Source of the DNA: Eledone cirrhosa
Lineage: Eukaryota
NCBI GenBank assembly: GCA_964016885.1
Contig: OZ024741.1
Location: 341,434,001-341,498,000 of the forward strand
DNA length: 64,000 bases
Direction: 5' to 3'
The position numbers and the translations under genes are program-made. Below, piece after piece: positions 26,570 through 39,297 of this stretch (its first letter is position 1; each line of letters opens with the position of its first letter). The notes under the pieces were generated by a model. The model did not search any database. It was not told the origin of the DNA and saw only the letters and a program-made list of their open reading frames with translations.

Positions 26570-27075
26570 ATTACTAAATTTCTACTGCATCACCTGCTGC
26601 ATCTCTGCATTCCTGGTGTATGTGCAGCATTGTGTATTCTTATTTTTGTACAGATGAGATTTGGTGGAGTATAGAACCCAGCTGTTAGTATACTGCATTA
26701 TTCTTGTTCTGTTACAGGGGTTTAGCTTGTAGTTTCTTGTATTATTCTGATATGTGTATAATATGTAATAATACAAGTTGTGTTATTTTATTATATTAGG
26801 AGCTTATTGTGTAGGATGTATGGTGTATGTGGAAATTGTTCTATTTGATCTGTACTATTTGAATCAATATTATCTTAAGCAGAAAGTAGGCTGTTCCTAG
26901 CAGAGCTATTTTTTTTGGACAGTGTGTAACATTGTGAACACTGGCATGGCTTCTATGTTTTTGTTCATTTTTTTTGTTATTATTATATCTAGTGCTCCAA
27001 ATATTATTGGCACTGTTTTTACATTATGCTCAAAATCGTGTATTTTTGATTTAAAAATCTTGGCAATATTTATCA
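26570..27075 (-). pseudogene. R4/Dong-clade LINE C-terminus and 3'UTR remnant
   Basis: Minus-strand KTVPIIFGALDII and IALLGTAYFL motifs. Confidence 0.6.
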
Positions 27076-27081
27076 GTGTGC

Positions 27082-27113
<32 letters not shown>

Positions 27114-27171
27114 ATATATATATATCACATACGGTCTGATCAGATCTGAGGATAGCCCTTAAAAGAACTGT

Positions 27172-27538
27172 TGTCACATACGGTAAGGATGAACAGGTGA
27201 AAGCACAAGTTGAAAGGACGAGCAAGGCGAGAGATGTAGTTTCGGTCAGCTATTTATTTTCATACATGAAGCGACGATACAGAGGTACAAGGCGTATGTG
27301 AGTGACAAGTGTGGCAGAGGAGAGGAACAACGATACGCGAGTTGACTCAGCCAAAGGTCGACTGGCGAAAGTGTTTGGAATCACTCTATTTATACAAAAA
27401 TAATCGTTTGATGTTTAGTCGCTGCGTAAGCGTTTTATTTTGGTGGCTTTAAGGGTTGTTTGTTTCACGGTGAGGTAGCTAGCTAAGCAGATAGATGGAG
27501 TTGTTTATTTCACAGATGTTATTTCTGGTGGCTGTACA
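27172..27538 (-). mobile_element. Possible solo LTR
   Basis: TG...CA ends; minus-strand TATAAATAG (~27386-27394) upstream of AATAAA (~27253-27258); no TSD found. Confidence 0.35.
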
Positions 27539-27686
27539 TATATATATATGTATATATGTATGTATAGAAATTTCGTATTTCTAAGGAAACACTGTGTTTA
27601 CAGGTAAACATTTAGAAAGCCGTAGCTATACAAAAAACACCGGGGCTAACGCTCTCTGGTGGTGTCCAGCAGAAGCAAGGGGGACA

Positions 27687-27730
27687 ATCGTCGATGCATT
27701 TCGGACTTAACTGGTCCTCATCAGGACGAT
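27687..27730 (-). ncRNA. Minimal type I hammerhead ribozyme motif, intact
   Basis: Minus strand AUCGUC-CUGAUGA-GGAC-caguuaa-GUCC-GAAA-UGCA-UC-GACGAU, with perfect stem I and stem II and a palindromic stem III. Confidence 0.85.
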
Positions 27731-27897
27731 CCCTCCTACATTTGCGACTGCTGGACTTGAAAACATTCGAGAATATATAGTTTTCTTGTCTGTGTAAATG
27801 AGGTGATTAATCTCATTTGCATAAGTTGGCTCAACTTATAATAGAATAGAATTAGAATTTAGCTTCAGGTAGTCCAGCAATCACGAGTGTCAGAGGG

Positions 27898-27941
27898 ATC
27901 GTCCTGATGAGTACCTGTTAAGTCTGAAATGCATCGATGAT
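27898..27941 (+). ncRNA. Minimal type I hammerhead ribozyme motif, weakened stem II
   Basis: AUCGUC-CUGAUGA-GUAC-cuguuaa-GUCU-GAAA-UGCA-UC-GAUGAU. Confidence 0.7.
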
Positions 27942-28104
27942 TGTCCCCCTTGCTTCTGCTGGACACCACCAGAGGACGTTAGCCCCAGTATTTTTTGCAT
28001 AGCTATGGCTTTCTAAATGTTTACCTGTAAACATACCATGTTTCCTTAGAAATTCGAAATTTCTATACATATCTGTATACAGTTATGCTTGAACTAAATC
28101 CTAA

Positions 28105-28108
<4 letters not shown>

Positions 28109-28185
<77 letters not shown>

Positions 28186-28284
28186 TACATATATATATGT
28201 ATACATATATATATACATGTATATATATATATATATATACATATATATATGTATACATATATATATATATGCATACATATATAT

Positions 28285-28353
<69 letters not shown>

Positions 28354-28417
28354 TATGTATATATATATATATACATATATATATGTATATATATATATAT
28401 ATATACATATATATATG

Positions 28418-28468
<51 letters not shown>

Positions 28469-28480
28469 GTGTATATATAC

Positions 28481-28563
<83 letters not shown>

Positions 28564-28582
28564 TATATACATATATATATAT
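28109..28582. repeat. (TA)n microsatellite
   Basis: Direct reading. Confidence 0.97.
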
Positions 28583-28686
28583 TCTGAGGAGTCCTAATAT
28601 TAAGCTCTTAATGTTAAGGATGAAACGCACGTAAATTAAAATATGATATAGTTAAGCACTGTTTAGCTTATTTCTCAATGTATATA

Positions 28687-28749
<63 letters not shown>

Positions 28750-28900
28750 TTTTATTTTGTTTCCCATCCCCACAGTCTAGGATTATTATGTTTGGATGGT
28801 TTGCCTTGATCTCCGTGTCAGCTGGGATGGTCATATCTGAGAGGATTTTGGTCAGCAACTGATAAAGAGATGGTGTTGTCAAAAGTAATTTGGTAATGAA
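28750..28900 (-). pseudogene. R4/Dong-clade RLE fragment
   Basis: KILSDMTIPADTEIKANHPNIIILD resembles the RLE NRPDIII motif. Confidence 0.55.
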
Positions 28901-29159
28901 GGTGGTGGTGATGGTGGTTGTAGGTGATGGGAAGGTAAAAAATATTATTTTTTTTATTGATTGAACTTTTTTTTAGAAAATCATTAATTATTTAACAAAT
29001 GCAGGTAATTAATAGGAAAACAAAAAGGAACAACTGTCACTAAAAACATTGTATATTAGGAAGTATTAAATTAATGAATTAAAATATTGATAATGATAAT
29101 TAATAGTACAATAATTCAAATGATGCAATGTTGTACAAATTAAATTCATAAAACAGTAT

Positions 29160-29436
29160 TGTTGTATTCCTCTCGGTACTCGCAGAGAAAACACGAGTTA
29201 TATCAAATAATTTGTGTATTGTACGAAACAACCAAAATGCCTCTCCTCACAGTAGCAGAATAACATAAAGTAAGTAAGTCCAGCAGTCTGTGACCGAGTT
29301 TTTAATACCAACGCTGACTGACTGCCCAGGTCACGTGATTCATATGCAAATGTGTGAGCACGTGTAAATTGAATAAACAAATTTAACAGTCCATACAACA
29401 ATGAGGTTGTGAGTTCGATTCCCAGTCCATACAACA
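29160..29436 (-). repeat. 3' LTR (277 bp)
   Basis: Matches 33829-34108 with about 4 substitutions and one 3-bp indel, by eye. Confidence 0.95.
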
Positions 29437-29470
29437 CCTCCCCACGGAAATTGATGCGACAAAAGAAGCA

Positions 29471-32400
29471 TCAACAGCAAAGTCTCTCTGGGGGTTTACG
29501 AGTTCTCTTGGACCGTCTTCGATTGTCTGGTCCATACTCTGGAATGGGCAACAAGGTCTTGGGTCTGGTCTGTCTTGGAGTTAGTGGCACGGTTTCCGAG
29601 ATCTCCATCGGGTGATCTGTTGCAAATTCAAAAACAGTGTCTACTGCATCACCAGGTTCATTGTCTTCCTCAGTAGTGTACCGCGGTTGCAGCTGTTCCC
29701 AGTGTCGTCTCCACACCGGGCCATGAGGTATGACCTTAACGTTGAAGCAGCGAGTACCCAATGACTTCTTAATGATTGCTGGTACCCATCGGGGATCTTT
29801 GTCTCGGCGAGGTCCGTAGTACAGTGCATACACAGGATCTCCAGCCTTGTACTGCCTGGTAACCTTAGCGACACCTGCCGAGTCCGGAGTCATCTGAGAC
29901 TTATATGCTTCCTTAGACTGCTTGCCTTGAGCGATGTGTGCTGGCGAGGGCAGCAGAGAATCAATCCTTGTCCGTATCTGCCGGTGATTCAAAAGTTCAC
30001 TTGGAGAGAATCCACTGGATGTCGGTGTTCTCCGGTACTGCATCAAGAACTCTTGAAGTGCTCGCTTCGGCGGAAGAGAAGTCTTCCTCAGAGCTTGTTT
30101 GAAGGTCTGCACCAAACGTTCCGCTGCTCCGTTGGTAGCTGGGTGGTAAGGTGCCCCTGTCAGGTGCGTGATCCCACGTTCTTTGCACCAGCTCTGGAAC
30201 TCCTCAGAAATAAAAGTCGGTGCGTTATCGGTGACTAGCGTGTGAGGAAATCCGAAGTGCACAAAGTCTTCTTCAAGCAGATCTAAAGTGGCTCTGGAGG
30301 ACATGGATGACGTAGGATAAATGCATGGATACTTGGAATAAGCATCCGTGATCACCAACCAATTACTGCCCATGAAATTTATTGCGTGGTCCAGGTGTAA
30401 GCAGCTCCACGGCTTTTCAGGTAACATCCATGGGTGAACTGGAGACTTGGATGGCTGGTTTTGATGTTCACCACACGAATCACATTGTCGACTGGTTTTC
30501 TCTATAGCAGCATCGATACCAGGCCAATAAACAGCAGTTCTTGCCAATTATTTCATGCGCTCCATGCCAAAGTGTCCTAGATGCAGAAGATTGAGGATCT
30601 TTGGCTGTAAGCTATGTGGAATCACAACTTTCAATCCATGGATAAGGCATCCGTGGCAGATACTGAGTGAATCCGATAACTTCCGGAACTTATTGACTTC
30701 GTCATTGATCTCAGTATTCTTTGGTGGCTAGCCTTCACGGACGTAGCGTATCACTGTAGATATCATTGGATCTTTCCCTGACTCTTGACGGAGGACATTA
30801 GCATCGATAGGTTGGACTTGAAGACTGAGAGCTTTGATGGCACACACCATGTCCATGTCTTCACCATTTTCCTTTCTGTCAAAGTCGATGTCATTACCAA
30901 ATGGCAAGCGACTGAGAGCATCTGCATTGCCATGATCCGCTGTTTTCCGATATTCGATGGTGTAGTCAAACTGGTTCAGCCACAGGGCCCACCGTGCTAG
31001 TCGGTTAGCAGCGAGAAGTGGCGTCCCTTTCCTCGGACTGAACAGTGATGTCAGTGGCTTGGGGTCAGTTACGAGTATAAACTGATGTCCGTACAGATAC
31101 TGATAGAACTTCTGCAAGCCAAATATGATGGCCAGGGCTTCCTTTTGAATTTGGCCGTAGTTACGCTGTGCAGAAGTAAGAGTCTTGGACACATTGGATA
31201 TTTGGCGCTCGCTTCCATCAGGATAGCGATGAAACAGGACTGCTCCAATACCAACGTTTGATGCGTCGTAAGCCAGTCCCAAAGTTTTGTTTGGATCGAA
31301 GTGTATCAGAACTCGATCCAATGAAAGCACATTTTTCAACTGATCGAAAGCTGACTGCTCTTCATCTCCCCACTTCCAAGTAGTCGTTTTTTCATAAGGC
31401 AATAGAGTGGCTCTACCATGCTGGCCAGGTTTGGGATAAACTTTCCATAGAACTGAACTGAACCCAGGAAAGACTTCAAGCTTGAGACGTTCGTTGGAGG
31501 TGGCATCTTTAAAACTGCTTCGACCTTGGATCCCTTCTCGATCCTTCAGCCGACAATGTGTGTCCAAGGTATTCCACACTGGGTAGTGCAAACTGGCACT
31601 TGTCACGGCGACATCTGAGTCCTTTGTCGCACAGACGTGTGAGCAGACACTTTAGGTTGTTCAGGTGATCATTTGCATCTTTCCCACTGACGAGCACGTC
31701 GTCCTGGAAGACGGCCACACCAGGTAGATCTTGAGTCAGGTTTTCCATGATCTCCTGAAAGTAACCAGGTGCTGACTTGATTCCGAAAGGGAGTCGTTCC
31801 TGCAGGAGCACCCCCGGTGAGTGCTGAGTGCAAGCCTGCGTTGACTTTCTGGAGCCAGCTTGATCTGATTATAGGCATCAGCAAGATCAATCTTTGTGTA
31901 TCCGAATCCACCTCCGAGCTTCTGCATCAGTTCCTCTGGGAGAGGCATTGGATGACGATGATCTGCAAGTTGGTCATTAATTCCCACAGAGTAGTCACCA
32001 CAAATCCGTAGTTTGGGTTTCAGGTTGCCTGAAGTATGTGCTTTACGAATCGGTACCACTGGCGTTCCGTATTCGTTGAACTGTACTGGCTTCCAGATTC
32101 CTTTGGCGATGCCTTCTTCGTAACCTTTGGCCAGGTCATCACGAAGAGCAAACGGGACCGGGCGTGCCTTGTGAAAGACCGGTGTCGCGTCCGACTTGAA
32201 CTTCACTTCCAGTTCGAAGTCATTAAGACATCCCAATTCTTGCTTGAAGAGATCTGGGAATTCATCATACATATTGTGACAATCTCGTTGCATGGAAATA
32301 TAGGGCTCATTTGAGGTCTTTGGATGCATCACTTCTGCACCCTCACTCTTGGCCTGGCTGTCTATGCTTTTCAATCCTAGAGCATTGTCCACGGAAATTC

Positions 32401-33721
32401 CCAGAGTCTGGATAGCGTTTCGTCCCAGCAAATTAAGATCAGGGATCTTGGTGACGATGTAGGGTATTGAATTCCGTTTACCGGTCGTTGGATCCTTGGT
32501 TTGGCCCATGAAAGTTCCCAGAATGGGCAGGTCGTGCTTGCTGGCAGATTCAAACCGATGTTTGACATCTTGCAGCTTCGGTTTTCCTAATTGTTTCCAA
32601 ACTGACAAGGAAACAAAATTGCCTGTAGTAGCTGTGTCCAATTCCATTGTGAAAAGTCTGTTCTGGATTGTTATTGGCACATTCAAACTATGAGTATCGT
32701 GGGGAACTTCAAGGATCGCCTTGACTAGCTCAGCTTTCGTGATTCTTTTCACGTAATTCTGTGAGCGATGATTACGTTGCTGATGTTGTTTCTTTCTACA
32801 CACCGCTTGCAAATGTCCCTTTTTGTCATGACATTTGGCTTCTTTGAAGGGGCAGTCTGTCGCTTTGTGGGCCTTTCCACATTGGTAGCACATCTCCTGG
32901 TCTGTGGAATAAGACTGCTGATGGTTCTTTCGATGACCCTTGTTCTTGTTCTGCTGGACCTTGTAGACTTGCTTGGTTTTGGAACCGTAAACAGTTTCCT
33001 TGGCAACCTTTGCTGCGTTTTCGGTCCCGATGGCAACTTGGACAGCACTGGCAAAATCTAGTTCTGTATCCTTGATCTTGAAAATAGCCTTCAACACAGC
33101 TTCATTATTGACAGAACATATAAATCTCTGTCTTAGAGCTTCATCTTGTGGATTTGTGATCAAAGGAAAATCACAGGTAGCTGCATCCTGATGTATACGT
33201 GCTGCCAGCTCCTGGAGAGTTTCGCCTGGCTTCCGTTGCATGTCACTCCAGAACTTGAAACGTTCTCTCACAATGAAAAGTTTTGGGTCGAACTGTTCTT
33301 TTATGAAGTCAACAATTTCGTCCATTGTCAACTTGTTGATATCCTTAGGCGGATTTTGTTGAGCAGCCAGATTTGCAAGTTGTTTGTAGATAGCAGCCGT
33401 CTGATTAGTCAGGAACACTTGTGCCATGCGTTGCTCGGGTACAGCGTTAGCAGCCACAAACGTGCAGAATCTTGACCAGTAATCAGGCCATAGTTCTATT
33501 GTTGAATCAAAAGCAGCAAATGGTGGGATGAATGCTGTTGGTGTCGAAGCAACTGGCGACGCCAATAAACTCTGTTGTTCAGAATCTCGAGCACCAAACA
33601 GTTTTATCAGAGTGTCCATATCTTTCTTGTGTTGTTGCATTTGTTGTTCCTGTTGTTGCATTTGTTGTTCCATCTGTTCTCTAAACAACTTTATTAGCTC
33701 CGCTGTTTGTTGTTCCGCCAT
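29471..33721 (-). pseudogene. Disrupted gag-pol polyprotein
   Basis: Gag zinc knuckle CYQCGKAHKATDC, protease MELDTA, RT KIDLADAY/RLPFG/FQDD, RNase H DASNVGIGAVL, integrase LHLD/LVTDN/AERLV; split by frameshifts and stops. Confidence 0.93.
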
Positions 33722-33828
33722 GTTTTTATGATAAACAATTTCCCGGCAATGTAGGTAAATCCTATCGGCAATGTAGGTAAATCCTATTGGCAATGTAGGT
33801 AAATCCTATCGGCGACGCCAATAAACTC

Positions 33829-34108
33829 TGTTGTATTCCTCTCGGTACTCCCAGAGAAAACACAACGAGTTATATCAAATAATTTGTGTATTGTACGAAA
33901 CAACCAAAACGCCTCTCCTCACAGTAGCAGAATAACATAAAGTAAGTAAGTCCAGCACTCTGTGACCGAGTTTTTAATACCAACGCTGACTGCCTGCCCA
34001 GGTCACGTGATTCATATGCAAATGTGTGAGCACGTGTAAATTGAATAAACAAATTTAACAGTCCATACAACAATGAGGTTGTGAGTTCGATTCCCAGTCC
34101 ATACAACA
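33829..34108 (-). repeat. 5' LTR (280 bp)
   Basis: Matches 29160-29436; followed on the minus strand by a PBS-like TGGCGTCGCCGATAGGATT. Confidence 0.95.
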
Positions 34109-34287
34109 AGTATAATTATTGTTATGTTATTAACTAGTGGTGAAACAAAATAAATGTATTTCATTTGCCTTCTCATCTATCCATGCAGATATTATGACTT
34201 CAACAAACCTGTGTGATTGTATCAACACATGACAGAGTAATTTATGTGTCTTAATTGTCACCCATGGGTCCAACTAGTTATTATTAT

Positions 34288-34405
34288 TATGGATTGGCAG
34301 TATCGGTAGAGGGTTGAACACCATGCTTTCCAGCATAGAGTTACGGATCTTTATGATCTGAGATCAAATCCTGCCGAGGTTAACTTTGCCCTTCATCCTT
34401 ACGGT
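34288..34405 (+). mobile_element. 3'-truncated MetaSINE-like copy
   Basis: ggattggcagtatcggtagag...ctttgcccttcatccttacgg. Confidence 0.75.
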
Positions 34406-35760
34406 TCTTCTGGAAATAGGTTGTTTTTTTCAAAATGCTTGGTCAGTTTGTGTGAGACTATTGCAGTCAGGGTCTTGTAAGTTGTAGGAAGGCATGTTGT
34501 GAGTCTGTAGTTTGGGAGGTTTACTGTGTCATTCTTGGGAATCAAGGTGGTTTTTTCTCTTTGGCAAACCAGTCAGATGTCATTTCTGGCTCCATCAACA
34601 TCTTATTAAACTTTCTAGAAAACATACATGTGTCCTTGTTAAATATTTCAACCAGAAGTTTAGAATTTTGTGATGTTCCTGTGCCTTCCAGTGCTTTTTT
34701 GTACAGGGACTGTTTAGTGTTCTTACTATTCCTGTGCATTGTGATTCCCCTGCAGCACACAACCCCCCAATAATTATCAACTTCTTTTACTTTTTTATGG
34801 CTTCATTTATCTCAATTTTGTTTCTACTAATTTTCTGGTAGAATTGTTTTGAGCTGGAGTGAAAGTGTTGGTTTTGTTCAAAAACCTGTTTGTGTTTTTC
34901 ATATCTCTGGATTCTTTATGCTTTTACAACTCTTTTTTGTTTTAGGTATTCTTTAGTTTCAGTGATTTCCCTTTCTATTGAATTATATTTTTTTAATATT
35001 TATATTTTCTTCCCTTTTCCTAGTTGTGTTGTTTTCTTTCCTGTTTCATTTAAGATTGGGAGATATTTTCTTTTATTTTCTATCTTTTTTGTATCTTTGA
35101 TTTCCATGTTTGTGTATTTTTTTTTTTGTATATCTAAGGGAGTAGCCACTTTCGTTTGTAACAAGTGTGGTTACTGCATATATTATGTTATTTAGCCTTG
35201 TGATATTAATGTTTTTGTTGGTGCTAAATCAATGATGGCCAGATTAGTGTTTTTTATAATTATTGCTATTTCCCCATTGATTTTTATTTTTGGGAGGTGT
35301 ATAATTTTGTCCATCGGGAGATCTTCTATTTTGGGGGATCTTGGATTATTTCTATCTTTATCCTATTATGGTCCTTAATTCCATCTTCTAGGTTTCTTGT
35401 ACCTACATCATCCTCCCCATATTTCCTTTCATTTGTATTTTGGCTGCATTGTTCAAAATCAGCTTTCATTGGTCAGCATTTAGTTGCTTACTGTTGGTTC
35501 TATCTTCATTTGTTGTTGTTTTTGTGTGTGTGTGTTTGTTATTTGTGTTTTCATAGTGTATTCTCTCTTTTAGATACTCTAATTCAGTTTCTGGTATTTT
35601 AGAAAATATATATATATCTTCTTTTGTTCACTAGTTTGTTGGGGTCAAGTTTTAAGTCGGGTTGTGGGCTATTTTTCTCCTAGCTTTTGTATGTGTGTAC
35701 TGTTGTGTTTTCATTTTTCGAGTACAGTGTTGCCATAGAATATGCATATAGAATAGAAAC
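34406..35760 (-). pseudogene. Old, highly degraded retroelement-like remnant, family uncertain
   Basis: Strong strand asymmetry (A-rich on minus) and broken Lys-rich frames; no decisive motif. Confidence 0.3.
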
Positions 35761-37142
35761 ATATTCGTATTCTGTCCATCTGTGGTTTCTCAATCTTATT
35801 TGAGGCAATAAGGAATATTTAAAATTATTATAATTGTTGTTGTTGTTATTGTTATTATTACTATTATTATCGTTATTGTTGTTGTTGTTGATATTGATGT
35901 TGCTGCTGTGATCTCTGTATCACTGAAATCTAATATAAAATAAGATACCAGCCATTTCAAAACTATACAATACATGCACACACACACACACGCACATACA
36001 CACAGACAGACACATAGACACATACACAAAAGACATTTTTACATCACAGCAGGTATGAAGTAATTCAGTATTCTGAACTCTCGATCAAGTCTTGGGTATA
36101 AGCCATTATTGGATATCATCTCTTTTCATAACAGTGTGTAGCTCGAAACCAATTTCTTTGGAAAATGTCACTACTAAATATATTATTCACTGTTTGAGAC
36201 ATTCACACTAAGAGCAAGTTTTCATTCATATCAATAATTTGAATTAAATTTGTTCCCAAGTCAGTTACTATGCATATTTCAAAGTCTTAATACCTTTTCA
36301 TATCTCTCCCATTATTACTGAAAAGACTTTTAGCACTACAAAAATGCTTGTGATAGTCTTGTAAACAAAGCCCTAATGGGATGGAAGAAGTTCAAGGAAT
36401 TGTTATATTTGTGGTCAATAATATGGTTTATTATCTCCATGGGCAGAACTGAATTGTCTGAGACAGGTGTAAGATATGGAAAGCTGTAAGAATTAAGATG
36501 TTAGCATGGCAGAGAAACATGGATGATGACAGGTGTATATTAACAAGTGTGAACTCTGCATGAATGCTAGATGCAATTTAGTGATAACATATATAACATT
36601 TTTCATCCTAACATGGTCAAAATGAGCTCTCATTCTATGAAACTAAGCTACTCATTGACTGCCACATATATTTACACAGCTACAGTTGCTGTGTCAGGTT
36701 TTTTTTTCAGTAAAATGACTATTTTTTTAAACAAACATTTATTAACAACACATATAAACACATCAATAAACTAGTAACCCCATCTAGCTTTGAAGTTAGG
36801 AACTGTTGGAAACTATTTCATAACTTTGAAGTTATGAACTCTTGGAAATGAGTTCAAACATGTTAGGATGAATTATCTCGTCTGTGGCTCTGGAATGCAT
36901 ACATGTTAGGACGAGTTATCTTGTTTACGGCACTGAAGAGGTTAAAGGGTTCCTATTTAAATCAAAATCTTCCAACATAATTTTATATAAGATTCGTTGT
37001 TAAGTTACTATAACAGTAATATGATAATTAGTAATTTTAGTAATTATCTCAAACTCAAATTAATTGAAGTAGAGTATGTTTCATTTTAAAGAAATATTCA
37101 CAAAAGGCTTAACACTTTAATATATTCAAAATCTTATACACG

Positions 37143-37500
37143 AGCATGGCTGAGTGGTTAATAGGTTTGCTTTACAATCATGAGATCCTGGTTTAAATTC
37201 TTCTCCATGGCATTTTGGACAATCATTTTTTGCAATAGTCTAAGACTACCCGCCCCCAAGCCTTCTGAATGTTATATTGGGTAGTTGGAAACTGTAAGGA
37301 AATCTTGTTAGATGTACTGTAATTCAAAGGTACAGCCTTGTCACACACAGTGTCACACTGATTCCATGTGAGAATTGTATTAAGGATACACATGTTAGTG
37401 GAATACTGAGCTATTTCACATGCCAATTTAATGAATGAGTTGTTCAGTTGATTAAACAACTGGATCTTTGTACATCTTCTCGACAGGAATGTCCAACATC
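37143..37500 (+). mobile_element. tRNA-derived SINE, second family; minus-strand pieces at ~39500-39663 and ~39910-40063
   Basis: A-box tggctgagtggtta; body cttgtcacac...aaggatacacatgttagtggaatact recurs inverted near 39590 and 39930. Confidence 0.6.
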
Positions 37501-38282
37501 ATTTAACCATTTCATTACTATATTTCTAATGAAATACATTGCTAATCACTTTGAAATAATCATAAATTTGGATGGTTTTAGTACAATAATAGAGTCATGA
37601 TTAAACTACTGTACATAAAGTATTGATAGAAGGTTCTAGTTTTGTATCACAGAAGAATATTTTACATTTCACACCTATGTAAGTTTAGTTGGCCTCCTAT
37701 GACATTGTATCTCATAGGAGGATTCTAAAGTGTTTTAATGATAGGGGCTCTAGTCCTATCATGCTGTTGTTGTTACAGCTTACATATATCTAGGTTTAGC
37801 TGGCCTCTAGTGAGGTTGTCTTTCATTGGAGATTTCTTCGGTATTTTAGTTATAATCTCACTGGAGGTTTCCTGAGGTTTTCTTTTATGATAGAGGTCCC
37901 AATTCTATCATGTTGTTTTTGCAACTCACACCTATGTAGGTTTAGTTGAATTACTATGAGGTTATATCTCATAGAAAGTTTCTAGAGAGTTAATGATAGG
38001 GAGCCCCCAATCCTATCGTGAAAAGCAACATGACATGAGGCTTCTTGCTCAAAACACAACACACAGTCTTGTCCAAGAACTGAACACATGACCTTCTGAT
38101 TATGTATCAAACAACTTTGTATCATAGGATCACGGGTGGTCCCTGGTGGCCTGCTATTGAAAGAGTTCATGCATGAAACATTAAAATTCCCACTAGAAAT
38201 ACATATGTAGTGAGATCTTAGCTTTTTTAAAGCTCCCTATATAAATTGTAAGGGGGTGAATAAGCATAGCCATTAGAACATT

Positions 38283-38545
38283 AGATATGTTTCTTTATTA
38301 GCCACAGGGGCACAAAAGAAGGGGACAAATACAAGGGGGGAAGTTTACATACAATAAAAGCGTGTAAAATACTATCACAAATACAATTTAAAAGTTAATC
38401 GATTTTCCCCAATAGGGGGAAACATTACATATGGGTAACACATACCCCCGAAAAAATGTGCAACCCTCATCTCCAGAAATACGAAGAGTTTGTACCCCTT
38501 TCCTCTCCTCCTCTTTTTCCTCAACCTACAGACTGATATAGAGAG
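38283..38545 (-). mobile_element. Tx1-like LINE 3'UTR copy
   Basis: Highly similar to 49003-49268. Confidence 0.8.
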
Positions 38546-38849
38546 AAGATAGATTGCTTAGCAGTATTTGTTGCAACTCTCTGTGATCTAAGATCAAATC
38601 CTGCCATGGTTAACTTTGCCTTTCCTCCTTCTGAGGTTGATAAATAAAGTACAAGTCCAGTACTGGGGTTTGATTCTTCTTCTATATCTCTTTCTTACTT
38701 TTTCTCTTTTTCTCTACAAGAAATTGGCTGTGTTCAGATCTGGAGAGGAATAGGCTCTGCCAGGTTTAAAGTGCATGGACATTAATTATGTTAACACTTA
38801 CTTTACTATTGTTTTTCATGCAGATGGCACCCCTAAATTATTTATCCTC

Positions 38850-39035
38850 TAATAATTGTCTCTACTTTAGGCACAAGGCCAGCAATTACCCAGTGCATTA
38901 CTGGTACTTTATTTTATCGACCCCGTAAGGATGAAAGGCAAAGTCAACCTCGGCGGGATTTGAACTCAGATCGTAAAGGGACGTAACTATGCTGGAAAGC
39001 ATGGCGTCCGACCCTCTACTGCCAATCCACCGCCC
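38850..39035 (-). mobile_element. Near full-length MetaSINE-like SINE
   Basis: Reverse complement of the 25465-25650 family; intact B-box gagttcaaatccc. Confidence 0.85.
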
Positions 39036-39215
39036 TTTAACCTATTTAACCTCTAATAATTCAACCTATTTAACCTATTTAACCTCTAATAATGCTTGTT
39101 TTCTCACACCAATATGGATACAATTTTGTAAACTATCATACAGATTAACACATGCATTCATACACACATGCAATTATGCACAAACACATACATACACATA
39201 CATATACAGCACCAT

Positions 39216-39297
39216 AGAAGAAGAAGAAGAAGAAGAAGAAGAAGAAGAAGAAGAAGAAGAAGAAGAAGAAGAAGAAGAAGAAGAAGAAGAAGAAGAA
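39216..39297. repeat. (GAA)n microsatellite
   Basis: Direct reading. Confidence 0.97.

Larger units (their letters stand above)
27559..28071. mobile_element. Palindromic non-coding element with ~200-bp inverted arms (Penelope pseudo-LTR-like)
   Basis: 27559-~27760 is an imperfect reverse complement of ~27863-28071; TA-rich flanks. Confidence 0.9.
29160..34108 (-). mobile_element. Full-length Ty3/Gypsy LTR retrotransposon (Mag-like)
   Basis: Two TGTTGTA...TACAACA LTRs; TSD AGTAT at 29155-29159 and 34109-34113; PPT ccgtggggagg next to the 3' LTR; domain order gag-PR-RT-RH-IN. Confidence 0.97.
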
